Source: Eledone cirrhosa (lineage: Eukaryota). Taken from it: DNA of 64,000 nt. Under the pieces are notes generated by a model. The model saw only the letters and a list, made by a program, of their open reading frames with translations. It was not told the DNA's origin and did not search any database. Made by a program: the position numbers and the translations under genes. The DNA lies in contig OZ024742.1 in NCBI GenBank assembly GCA_964016885.1, forward strand, positions 224,688,001-224,752,000, in the 5' to 3' direction. Of this stretch, positions 31,501 to 43,073 are shown one piece after another. Within the stretch, counting starts at the first letter, position 1. Each line of letters starts with the position of its first letter.

Positions 31501-32124
31501 CCGCCGAGACACTGCATAGTTATATGGCTCGCCGACGAGACACTTCATAGTAATGTGACCCACCGACGAGACACTTCATAGTAATGTGACCCACCGACGA
31601 GACACTTCATAGTAATGTGACCCACCGACGAGACACTGCAGAGCAATGTGACCCACCGACGAGACACTGCATAGTAATGTGACCCACCGACGAGACACTG
31701 CATAGTAATGTGACCCACCGACGAGACACTGCATAGTAATGTGACCCACCGACGAGACACTGCATAGTAATGTGACCCACCGATGAAACACTGCATAGTA
31801 ATGTGACCCACCGACGAGACACTTCATAGTAATGTGACCCACCGACGAGACACTGCAGAGCAATGTGACCCACCGACGAGACACTGCATAGTAATGTGAC
31901 CCACCGACGAGACACTGCATAGTAATGTGACCCACCGACGAGACACTGCATAGTAATGTGACCCACCGACGAGACACTGCATAGTAATGTGACCCACCGA
32001 CGAGACACTGCAGAGCAATGTGACCCACCGACGAGACACTGCATAGTAATGTGACCCACGGACGAGACACTGCATAGTAATGTGACCCACGGACGAGACA
32101 CTGCATAGTAATGTGACCCACCGC
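31496..32124. repeat. 31-bp minisatellite, about 20 copies (GACGAGACACTGCATAGTAATGTGACCCACC)
   Basis: Read directly from the sequence. Confidence 0.95.
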
Positions 32125-32726
32125 AGAGTAGAAATGGTCTTTGTAAAGGATGAAAACCTCAGATACAGCAATGTAAAAGAGGAATACACTCCTTGAAGGA
32201 CATTCCATGACATACAATGTACAGGAGAAATATTCTCTGAAAAGGAGATTTCGTACGAGAACCATTGCTGGATCGTCTAAGATTCTTTTAAGACATTTAG
32301 TAAATCTATCTACCGAAAGATTTATTAAACTACGTATTTAATTAATTTTTTATTTATCCTCCGGATTTATGTATCATTTATTATATACCAAAATATTATT
32401 ATTACTATATACATATGTATATATATATATATATAAAAACAAATAACGAAACGAAATTAAATTTCGTTTCGTTTGTAACTCACTTTTGTATGACTGACGC
32501 TTAAACAATTAAGTTAAAAATGTACATCCACATATGTATACTGAAATACTAGTATGCATATGAATACACACACGTGTACATATGTAGATGTACCGAGTTT
32601 TCACTGATCACTTTACTGTGAGTGTCCAGCTATTCTGTATGTAGACACACAGACAAACCGGTTCTTAGAGTCATACTGGTTTTTGAGGAAACACCTTTCC
32701 TCTATTCTCCAGAAAGCCAGACAAGG

Positions 32727-32771
32727 AATATTGGACTAGTTTCGATGTTGTTACATCTCATCAGCAATATT
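32727..32771 (-). ncRNA. Intact minimal type I hammerhead (array copy 1)
   Basis: AATATTG-CTGATGA-GATGT(AACA)ACATC-GAAA-CTAG-TC-CAATATT. Confidence 0.92.
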
Positions 32772-33191
32772 TACCTATCTTCCGGCTTCTCTAGAGAATC
32801 GTGAAAGCACATATCGTTATATGCTTTTTCTATGAAAATTAGTAGTGGGCAGACCAATTTGCATAGAGCGTGAGTACGTACCGGTTCAACGGAGACGATA
32901 AAAACAAATAACGAAACGAAATTAAATTTCGTTTCGTTTGTAACTCACTTTTGTATGACTGACGCTTAAACAATTAAGTTAAAAATGTACATCCACATAT
33001 GTATACTGAAATACTAGTATGCATATGAATACACACACGTGTACATATGTAGATGTACCGAGTTTTCACTGGTCACTTTACTGTGAGTGTCCAGCTATTC
33101 TGTATGTAGACACACAGACAAACCGGTTCTTAGAGTCATACTGGTTTTTGAGGAAACACCTTTCCTCTATTCTCCAGAAAGCCAGACAAGG

Positions 33192-33236
33192 AATATTGGA
33201 CTAGTTTCGATGTTGTTACATCTCATCAGCAATATT
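33192..33236 (-). ncRNA. Intact hammerhead (array copy 2)
   Basis: Identical to copy 1. Confidence 0.92.
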
Positions 33237-33657
33237 TACCTATCTTCCCGGCTTCTCTAGAGAATCGTGAAAGCACATATCGTTATATGCTTTTTCTATG
33301 AAAATTAGTAGTGGGCAGACCAATTTGCATAGAGCGTGAGTACGTACCGGTTCAACGGAGACGATAAAAACAAATAACGAAACGAAATTAAATTTCGTTT
33401 CGTTTGTAACTCACTTTTGTATGACTGACGCTTAAACAATTAAGTTAAAAATGTACATCCACATATGTATACTGAAATACTAGTATGCATATGAATACAC
33501 ACACGTGTACATATGTAGATGTACCGAGTTTTCACTGGTCACTTTACTGTGAGTGTCCAGCTATTCTGTATGTAGACACACAGACAAACCGGTTCTTAGA
33601 GTCATACTGGTTTTTGAGGAAACACCTTTCCTCTATTCTCCAGAAAGCCAGACAAGG

Positions 33658-33702
33658 AATATTGGACTAGTTTCGATGTTGTTACATCTCATCAGCAATA
33701 TT
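33658..33702 (-). ncRNA. Intact hammerhead (array copy 3)
   Basis: Identical to copy 1. Confidence 0.92.
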
Positions 33703-34132
33703 TACCTATCTTCCCGGCTTCTCTAGAGAATCGTGAAAGCACATATCGTTATATGCTTTTTCTATGAAAATTAGTAGTGGGCAGACCAATTTGCATAGAG
33801 CGTGAGTACGTACCGGTTCAACGGAGACGATAAAAACAAATAACGAAACGAAATTAAATTTCGTTTCGTTTGTAACTCACTTTTGTATGACTGACGCTTA
33901 AACAATTAAGTTAAAAAAGTTAAAAATGTACATCCACATATGTATACTGAAATACTAGTATGCATATGAATACACACACGTGTACATATGTAGATGTACC
34001 GAGTTTTCACTGGTCACTTTACTGTGAGTGTCCAGCTATTCTGTATGTAGACACACAGACAAACCGGTTCTTAGAGTCATACTGGTTTTTGAGGAAACAC
34101 CTTTCCTCTATTCTCCAGAAAGCCAGACAAGG

Positions 34133-34170
34133 AATATTGGACTAGTTTCGATGTTGTTACATCTCATCAG

Positions 34171-34176
<6 letters not shown>
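34133..34176 (-). ncRNA. Intact hammerhead (array copy 4, at the array boundary)
   Basis: Identical core. Stem I runs directly into (TA)n. Confidence 0.9.
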
Positions 34177-34212
<36 letters not shown>

Positions 34213-34294
34213 GTTATTCCGGGTTGAATCGGAGGTAACCACAGTAAGTAAGGTACTCAATACATAGCAGAGTATACACGTTTTAATATAGATG

Positions 34295-34345
34295 AGATTC
34301 TACAGGACTAGAACTGTTTCATTCTTTAGAAATCATCAGGAATCT
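34295..34345 (-). ncRNA. Type I hammerhead ribozyme
   Basis: AGATTC-CTGATGA-T-TTCT(AA)AGAA-T-GAAA-CAG(TTCTAGTC)CTG-TA-GAATCT. Confidence 0.75.
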
Positions 34346-34808
34346 GGGTATCAAAAAATAAATATGGTATTTATAGGTCTCTTCAGGTGGTAGGAGATGG
34401 GTAGAGGTCATTGGTTGATAGAAAATGGAATTCATTAAAAGCAAATTCTTTAAAGCTATAATTTATATTTAGAGTGACAAAGGCAGAAAGAATTCTATAA
34501 ACAAGTTCAGATTAGGGTGCCACTCCTTATTTTTAAGTTTCTCTTAAGCTAACAATGCCTATATTTCAGGTGTCTATAAGATCGTTGGGGTCGGTCATGG
34601 TTGAAGGATTTAAAGAAAAGGGAAATCCTTCAAAAGCTAATTCTTTAAGGTTCTACTTAGAGTGACAAAGGCCTAGAGAATTCTATAGACCAGTTCAAAA
34701 TATTGGGTGCCTATCATATCATTATCTTCAAGTTTCTCTTAAGCTATATTCCAGGTGTCAACAGACACATTCACATTCACACACACACACGTGCACCCAC
34801 ACACACAT

Positions 34809-34961
<153 letters not shown>

Positions 34962-35096
34962 CATACATATACATATATATACACACATATACATATATAT
35001 ATATATATACACACACACATATATATATACATACATACATATACATACATATATATATATATACACACATACATATATATATACACATATATATAT

Positions 35097-35134
<38 letters not shown>

Positions 35135-35136
<2 letters not shown>

Positions 35137-35745
35137 GGTGGCTGCCAACTCGTTTTCGAGTACGGCCACTACTTTATATCCATGTAGGAGAACCCCTACC
35201 GATGCGCTGAACGAGTGTGACTTTTTAGTCCAGCCAGCGACTTGAAAACTCTGGTACAAACACTACACTTGTGACAATTACTGACACATAGTGCTGGGCC
35301 CATGGTACCATGTGACGACAAGTGCAGAGAGATCTCCAGATATAAAGCAATGCCTGTGCCGTGAAGCTTTTATAGTGAGCAAAGGCACTGCACAAAGCCA
35401 GTCCCACTCTCTTAACCAAGATGATATTTACCAAAAAGAAGAACAAGTCAACATCATTGGATACCATCAGGGTTGCAGGTGTTATATCAGAGTTTTCCTT
35501 CTCCTAGAATTCTGCCTTGACAAAGGCTAAGGGGTCATCTCTCCCGGTGATTTTGGATGGCCATTGACTCTTAAGAGCTCCTTTGCCCTTTGACAGGTTT
35601 TGTTTTTAGTCCTGCAGGATGTCCAAAGTCACCCTCCTCACCAAGAAACCTTGGTGGGGTTGCCAGTTTAGTCGCCAACGACCCGACCATGGGACAGGTT
35701 GTACTGGGATACATGTTACCAGTAGCACCAACTGGTGACCTGACA
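35135..35745 (-). mobile_element. Non-autonomous RTE-derived element of about 610 bp
   Basis: Inverted near-identical copy at 39047-39650. C2H2-like remnant at the 3' end. Confidence 0.78.
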
Positions 35746-36085
35746 TATATATACATATACACATACATACATACACATACATACATACATACACACACAC
35801 ATACACACATATATATATACACATATACACACATACATACATATACACATATATACTCACATATACATATATAAATCCATATCCATACATATATATACAC
35901 ACACACACACATATATATATACATACATATATATATATATATACACACATACATATACACATACATACACATATACATATGTATACATATACACACATAC
36001 ATACACGCACACATACATATATATATACACACACATATATATATACACATACATACACACATGTATTTACATACATATACATATA

Positions 36086-36135
<50 letters not shown>

Positions 36136-36268
36136 CACATACACATATATACATATATACATATATACACATATACACATATATACATATATATATATAA
36201 ATAAATACATACACACATATATACATATATACATACATACACATACATACGTATACGCCTACATACAC

Positions 36269-36364
<96 letters not shown>

Positions 36365-36522
36365 ATACTTTGGGAGGGTCATGTTGCCAATAAGAAACAC
36401 ACGCACCAGTTACTGTCACTTCAATTTATTATATATTTATAAATTTATAAATTTACAAATCTACAAATTTATAAATTTCTGGTTGGTTGGTTGGTTCCAC
36501 AACCAGATAGTTGTTTATATAT

Positions 36523-36567
36523 AGTCATAGTCCTTTCGTCACACACTCTGTGACCTCTTCAGTGACT
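36523..36567 (-). ncRNA. Minimal type I hammerhead in the PLE pLTR
   Basis: AGTCA-CTGAAGA-G-GTCAC(AGAGTGT)GTGAC-GAAA-GGAC-TA-TGACT. Confidence 0.85.
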
Positions 36568-36770
36568 GGGATTCCTTTCTTTGTTTCTGTGCCTTTCCTT
36601 TCTTCTGTCCTACGCCATTTTGTTTCTGTGTGTGTGTTGTGTGCTCAGTTTGCGCATGCGCCACATCTGGGTGTCTGTGTGTGTTTGTGTTCATTTATCT
36701 ATTTGTTTATTTATTTACATGTTATTGGTTGGTTGTTTGTTCTATGTGTGTGTGTGTTTTCATTTTGTCC

Positions 36771-38057
36771 TTAATTGTAAGTTGTGATGTTGCTGTCCCA
36801 CTCATATTTTCTATTTAATTTTGGTTGTAATTCTTTTATGTTTATTGCCTCTGTAATTTGTCTAAACATTGCATCTTTTCTGTGTGTAGATTCTATTTTT
36901 ATTTCTATGTTCTCTAATTTGCCCTTATGTTCTATTTTAGCATGTTGGTGGAGTATTGATGATTCTTTTTTATCTTGAAGCTCTCGCCAGTGTTCATTTA
37001 ACCGTTCTCCTATACTACGAGCTGTCTCACCTATGTACACTATATTCTTATCTTTACATTGTCCTTCAGTACATCTTATGCTATATACTACATTTCTAGT
37101 TTTACAGTTAATATGGGGGCTTATTTTACAGGTTATACATTTCTTATCTATACATGAGGGTCTTTGGAACGGGTATGTCTTGCTAATAAGTATTTTTACG
37201 GAGGTACCTGGTCTTTTTACTATCTTAATATTGAGTTTATGTTTATTTAGGGCCCTTCTAAATTTGTAGGCTAGTTCGCCTCTAGGGGTTGTATCGATGA
37301 ACATTACACTCTGGTATTTATTGCTATCATACCATGAGTTTATTCTATTGGCCTTGTTCCTAGTTCTTTCTATTCTATTCCAAAATTTGCTCCTATACAA
37401 GGGGCAGGTCCCATTTATGTCATTATTTACCATTTTTTCCCATTTGGTTCTGGCTCCTCTATACACTCTGATTCTATCTCTCTGATTGTAGCCAGAGAAC
37501 TGCATACGGTGGATGAAGTGTTGTATGTGTCTCTCTAGTTCTTCGGGGTTGCACATGCGGGACACATTTCTCATCACCCGTACCAAATCTGCAATCAGTA
37601 TGTTGATTTTGGTATGGTCCGAAATGGCCGAGTTTCGGTGGATCAGATGTTTGGAAGTCATGGGTTTGCCATAATGGGAATGGAGGATTTGTTTTTGGTT
37701 GTTAATGGTATCTAACCAGAGCTCTGTGTCTAGTACAGGTAATCGATGGTTGGGGTGTCTACTTGGGTAGTCTATAGTAACTCTAATGCTCTGGTGGATG
37801 GAGTTTGCTATTTGCTGGATGCTTTCCATTGTGTTTTTCTCTAGTTCCTGACTGTTCTCTAGTGGGGGTGTCTTAACTACGATGTTTATATCATCTACGT
37901 AGCGGGAGTACATTATCAGGGTTAAGCTGTCTTCTAATTGTTCATTAAGTTTTTGTTTAAGTCTACTGTCCCACCATACCATGAATAAGTTAGCTATGTC
38001 GCCTGCAATGCTAACACCAATGGCTGCTCCTTCCTCTTGGGCATATGTTTTTCCATT
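36771..38057 (-). pseudogene. PLE RT (C-terminal half) plus GIY-YIG endonuclease, uninterrupted but 5'-truncated
   Basis: NGKTYAQEEGAAIGVSIAGDIANLFMVWWD, RYVDD, CIDKKCITC, NVVYSIRC..YIGETARSIGERLNEH. Confidence 0.92.
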
Positions 38058-38112
38058 TAATGGAAAAACATATGCCCAAGAGGAAATTTATTTATAAAAC
38101 TGGTATATATTG

Positions 38113-38177
38113 TATTTTGTCTGATGAAGGCATACCATAATTTAACATGGTATCCTTGAAATATGTATAATAAAATA
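38113..38177 (+). ncRNA. Type I hammerhead ribozyme
   Basis: TATTTTGT-CTGATGA-AGGCATACCAT..ATGGTATCCTT-GAAA-TATGTA-TA-ATAAAATA. Confidence 0.75.
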
Positions 38178-38228
38178 GATATGGTTTTATAAATATAGTT
38201 TCCATTTGTTAGTATCGTATATATATAT

Positions 38229-38829
38229 ATCACTGATGAGGGACTCATTTTATAACATGTTATCCATGTGCAACCTGCAGTATTCTTCTCCCCATTTTTT
38301 CACATATATTTACCTAAACTGCGATTCTGTTTTTCTCTCTCTCTCTCTTACTGCTCCCTCGTTCTCTCTGTTTCTCTTACTTTCTTTCGCCCCCTCTGTC
38401 ATGTCAGTTAACACTTTCTCTCTACTGACCTCTTCCTCACACTTCCACTCACTCACTCACTGTTTCTCCCCTTCTCACTTCACCCCGTTCGCGACGAAAA
38501 CAATTTCCTTCTTTCTTACATTGGATTCATCTCGAAAGGTCTATTTTCTACGCGCTCATATATTCACCCAGCTTATACTGATAGAATAACTATGTAGCTT
38601 GTGCCCTTCCTATCTACGGTTAGCTTTCCTCTTTGTTGTTTACTTGTCTCACTCGCTTTACGCGTTTTAATTGTCCTAATAACTTAATTTAGTTATTATT
38701 GCACCAACGTGAGGTATATGATTTTTAATGCAATGAAATATCTATGATCGTTGGCAAATCACTGATGAGGGACTCATTTTATAACATGTTATCCATGTGC
38801 AACCTGCAGTATTCTTCTCCCCATTTTTT

Positions 38830-38833
<4 letters not shown>
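38229..38833 (+). mobile_element. Insert with about 75-bp terminal direct repeat (529-bp period)
   Basis: ATCACTGATGAGGGACTC...CCCCATTTTTTCACA at 38229 and 38758. Confidence 0.72.
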
Positions 38834-38890
<57 letters not shown>

Positions 38891-39046
38891 ATATATGTAT
38901 GGATATGGATGTATATATGTGTATATATGTGTATATGTATGTGTGTGTGTATATGTATATATATGTGTATATATATATATGTATGTGTATGTATGTATAT
39001 ATATATATGTATGTATATGTGTGTATGTATATATATATATATATAT

Positions 39047-39650
39047 ATGTCAGGTCACCAGTTGGTGCTACTGGTAACATGTATCCCAGTACAACCTGTC
39101 TCATGGTCGGGTCGTTGGCGACTAAACTGGCAACCCCACCAAGGTTTCTTGGTGAGGAGGGTGACTTTGGACATCCTGCAGGACTAAAAACAAAACCTGT
39201 CAAAGGGCAAAGGAGCTCTTAAGAGTCAATGGCCATCCAAAATCACCGGGAGAGATGACCCCTTAGCCTTTGTCAAGGCAGAATTCTAGGAGAAGGAAAA
39301 CTCTGATATAACACCTGCAACCCTGATGGTATCCAATGATGTTGACTTGTTCTTCTTTTTGGTAAATATCATCTTGGTTAAGAGAGTGGGACTGGCTTTG
39401 TGCAGTGCCTTTGCTCACTATAAAAGCTTCACGGCACAGGCATTGCTTTATATCTGGAGATCTCTGCACTTGTCGTCACAGGGTACCATGGGCCCAGCAC
39501 TATGTGTCAATAATTGTCACAAGTGTAGTGTTTGTACCAGAGTTTTCAAGTCGCTGGCTGGAATAAAAAGTCACATTCGTTCAGCGCATAGGTTCTCCTA
39601 CATGGATATAAAGTAGTGGCCGTACTCGAAAACGAGTTGGCAGCCACCAT
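39047..39650 (+). mobile_element. Non-autonomous RTE-derived element
   Basis: Encodes [25 protein letters not shown]. Inverted copy of 35135-35745. Confidence 0.78.
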
Positions 39651-39878
39651 ATATATATATATGTGTGTGTGTGTATATATATATATATGTATATGTGTGT
39701 ATATATATACATACATGCACACATATATATATGCACGTATCGGTTCACCGAACATTTATTATAATGCTCGGTTTGTTCGTTTGTAAACAAACAAACAGCC
39801 CGAATTACACCGTACAGTGTTTAGGTAACCACGTCACCTTTTTGTTCATATATATCAGTTGCAAGCGGTGGGAGGGAC

Positions 39879-39918
39879 CGTCCTGAAGAAGGCCAGTCAA
39901 GCCTGAAATGCATAGATG
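39879..39918 (+). ncRNA. Minimal type I hammerhead
   Basis: CGTC-CTGAAGA-AGGC(CAGTCAA)GCCT-GAAA-TGCA-TA-GATG. Confidence 0.8.
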
Positions 39919-40017
39919 TTTGTCCCCCTTGATTCTGCTGGACACCAGCCCGGTCTTTGCATAGCACCGGCTTCCTAAAACTGATTTTCTTTAGAACGCT
40001 ATGATTGAAGCGAAATC

Positions 40018-40200
<183 letters not shown>

Positions 40201-40343
40201 TAATAATAATAATAATAATACCTTAACACTTCACACAAAGTAAAACATTTCGTTTTAATTATGTTCTAACCCAGAAAAAAGAGAAAGAGAAACAAAAAAG
40301 GAAAAAAATATTTTTTTTTTCATAATCGTCTGTTTCTTCCTGT

Positions 40344-40397
<54 letters not shown>

Positions 40398-40647
40398 ATA
40401 ATAAATATGAAGACTAAAATCAGATGATCCCGTAAAGGGTGAAAGCAGCGATTCTTTGCTTAAACTTTAATCTGTACTTATAATATCATGGATCATCGAC
40501 GTAAATATGTATATACATATATATATATATATTAATAAAAGGAATCCCAACTTTGTCTGATTTACTCGTTTTATTTACAATCCTTTAAAATTTATAATGG
40601 TATTAGAATGAAATAGTATGGTAGATTATTAAATGTTAAGTGTTAAT

Positions 40648-40686
40648 TGAACAAGTAATTTCATGCTTTCGCAATCTTCAGGTTCA
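40648..40686 (-). ncRNA. Minimal hammerhead (same family as 48498)
   Basis: TGAAC-CTGAAGA-T-TGC(GAAA)GCA-T-GAAA-TTAC-TT-GTTCA. Confidence 0.65.
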
Positions 40687-40718
40687 TATTCTGTGGTGAC
40701 AGTCAAGTTTGCAATTTT

Positions 40719-40831
<113 letters not shown>

Positions 40832-41049
40832 GAGAGTCGTGCGCTAAGTAGTCGAAATATTTGATTACAATATAACGGTAACCTACAATGTGTAAATGTG
40901 TTGATGAATTTACACAATTTTAGTCTATAGACATGTAAACATGCCAAATATACGTATTTCCCTGTAAATTGAGCGGCTCCGGACGATACAGTGTGGTTTT
41001 AAAGTAAGATTTATAATAGAGGCTAAGAAAATATACATTTAAAAAAGCA

Positions 41050-41600
41050 AACATAACAAATTCCCCAAAGGTGAGGAGATTTACTCGTGAAAAAAGCCCA
41101 CAAAATCCACGGTCACCCTGTCTACTAAGGCAAAGTGTTCTGTCCCAGTTGTTCTCCTCCAATCTTCAGGCGTAAACTGAAGGCAGTCCCCTTTATACGG
41201 ACCATGTCCGCCACTCTCACCCACCTTTCAACAAACTGGTTGGAAGGCACCACTTCAATCTCCACATTGATTTTCCTCTTCAAGTGAAACAAACTTGAAA
41301 AAGTTAATCAGGGCTTCGCCGAATGGGAGAGGGCTTGTCTTCTACCATTGAAAACGCGTCCACCACACGACCAACTACACCCTAGTCACAACGCAGATAA
41401 AACTGCCTTTCCTTCTCCTCTAAAGGAACATGGCGGAGCGATCTTCTCAATGGTAGTTGATAGTCGGATCTGTCCTACACGTGGCAGCAGGTGCTCCACA
41501 TACACCCACAAGTCATCGATACTCGGACAATTGATGAGTGCGTGCATGAGGGTTTCGTCACCCTACGCACATCTTGTTTGGCCCTTGCTGTATGCTGGAT
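41050..41600 (-). pseudogene. L1/Tx1-like LINE 3' remnant
   Basis: RCA*GDETLMHALINCPSIDDLWVYVEHLL. Confidence 0.65.
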
Positions 41601-41604
41601 GTCA

Positions 41605-41930
41605 TTGGATTGGCAGTATCAGACGCCATGCTTTGCAGAATAGAGTTACGGCCCTTTATGATCTGAGTTCAAATCCCGCCGAAGTTAACTTTGCTGTCGA
41701 TTTAATCGACTTCCCCCTCTCCCAAAACTGCTGGCCTTATGCCTATATAAGAAACCATTATTGCTGTATTGCGGTGGATTGGCAGCACAGAGTTACGACT
41801 CTTTACGGTTTGTGTTCAAATCCCTCCGAAGTTAACTTTGCCTTTCATCCTTACGGGGTTCGATAAAATAAAGTACCAGTAATGCACTGGGGTAAAGGCT
41901 AGCCTTGTGCCCAAAGTAGAAACAATTACT
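41605..41930 (+). mobile_element. Two adjacent deleted SINE copies
   Basis: Two GTTCAAATCCC B-boxes with family flanks. Confidence 0.7.
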
Positions 41931-42149
41931 GCTGTATATCAGTGCAACCACTACATGTCCTCCAGAGACTGTCTCGGTTTTGCGACATTTCACTGAAATG
42001 TATCTTCTATATTTCAGCGTTCTCTTTTCCTTTGCTGCCATTACCTCTGCTGAGACGTTGGCCCAGGTCTTTTCTCCGCCTATAATTGTTCTCAGTTAAA
42101 TCAAAATTTAAATAGGTTCGAGTTTTGCAGCTGTGACTGCAAAAGTTAT

Positions 42150-43040
42150 CTTGTTGTTTACGTTGTTTCTGTTGCTGCTGTTTTGTTGCTTTTCATTGTT
42201 GCTGATAGTGTTGTGGTTGTTGCTGTTGTTGTTAGTGTTATCGTTGTTGTTGTTGTTGATGTTGTTGTTAGTGTTATCGTTGTTGTTGCTGTTGTTGCTG
42301 TTGTTGTTGTTGTTGTTAGTGTTATCGTTGTTGCTGTTGTTGTTGCTGTTGTTGTTGATGTTGTTGTTAGTGTTATAGTTGTTGCTGTCGTTGTTGATGT
42401 TGTTGTTAGTGTTATAGTTGTTGTTGTTGTTGTTGATGTTGTTGTTAGTGTAGTCGTTGTTGCTGTTGTTGATGTTGTTGTTGTTAGTGTTATCGTTGTT
42501 GTTGTTGTTGTTGATGTTGTTGTTAGTGTTATCGTTGTTGTTGTTGTTGTTGATGTTGTTGTTAGTGTTATAGCTGTTGTTGTTGTTGCTGTTGTTGTTA
42601 GTGTTATCGTTGTTGTTGTTGTTATTAGTGTTATCGTTGTTGTTGTTGTTGATGTTGTTGTTAGTGTTATCGTTGTTGTTGTTGTTGTTGATGTTGTTGT
42701 TAGTGTTATAGCTGTTGTTGTTGTTGTTGCTGTTGTTGTTAGTGTTATCGTTGTTGTTGTTGTTGTTGATGTTGTTGTTAGTGTTATAGCTGTTGTTGTT
42801 GTTGTTGCTGTTGTTGTTAGTGTTATCGTTGTTGTTGTTGTTGTTATTAGTGTTATCGTTGTTGTTGTTGTTGTTCATGTTGTTGTTAGTGTTATCGTTG
42901 TTGTTGTTGTTGTTGATGTTGTTGTTAGTGTTATAGCTGTTGTTGTTGTTGTTGCTGTTGTTGTTAGTGTTATCGTTGTTGTTGTTGTTATTAGTGTTAT
43001 CGTTGTTGTTGTTGTTGTTGATGTTGTTGTTAGTGTTATC

Positions 43041-43073
<33 letters not shown>

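Larger units (their letters stand above)
32433..34176 (-). mobile_element. Retrozyme-like tandem array: about 3.7 near-identical units of about 466 bp, each with a hammerhead
   Basis: Units start at 32433, 32898, 33364 and 33830. Flanked by (TA)n on both sides. Confidence 0.88.
36361..38085 (-). mobile_element. Penelope-like retroelement, 5'-truncated, with HHR-bearing 3' pLTR and a 27-bp snap-back hairpin at the truncation
   Basis: RT/GIY-YIG ORF, hammerhead at 36523-36567, a 3' end against (TA)n, and the palindrome at 38031-38085. Confidence 0.93.

Noticed and set aside
31496-32124. 31-bp repeats resembling a CRISPR array
   Set aside because: The units are contiguous with no spacers, there are no cas genes, and the context is eukaryotic.
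39047-39135. HDV-like ribozyme in the head of the RTE-derived element (GTCG-TTGG-CGAC-TAA-ACTGG)
   Set aside because: P2 and P4 are plausible, but P1, P3 and L3 could not be built convincingly by eye.
40415-40465. HHR-like CAGATGA-TCCC..GGGT-GAAA
   Set aside because: It has a core substitution and no valid UH cleavage triplet.
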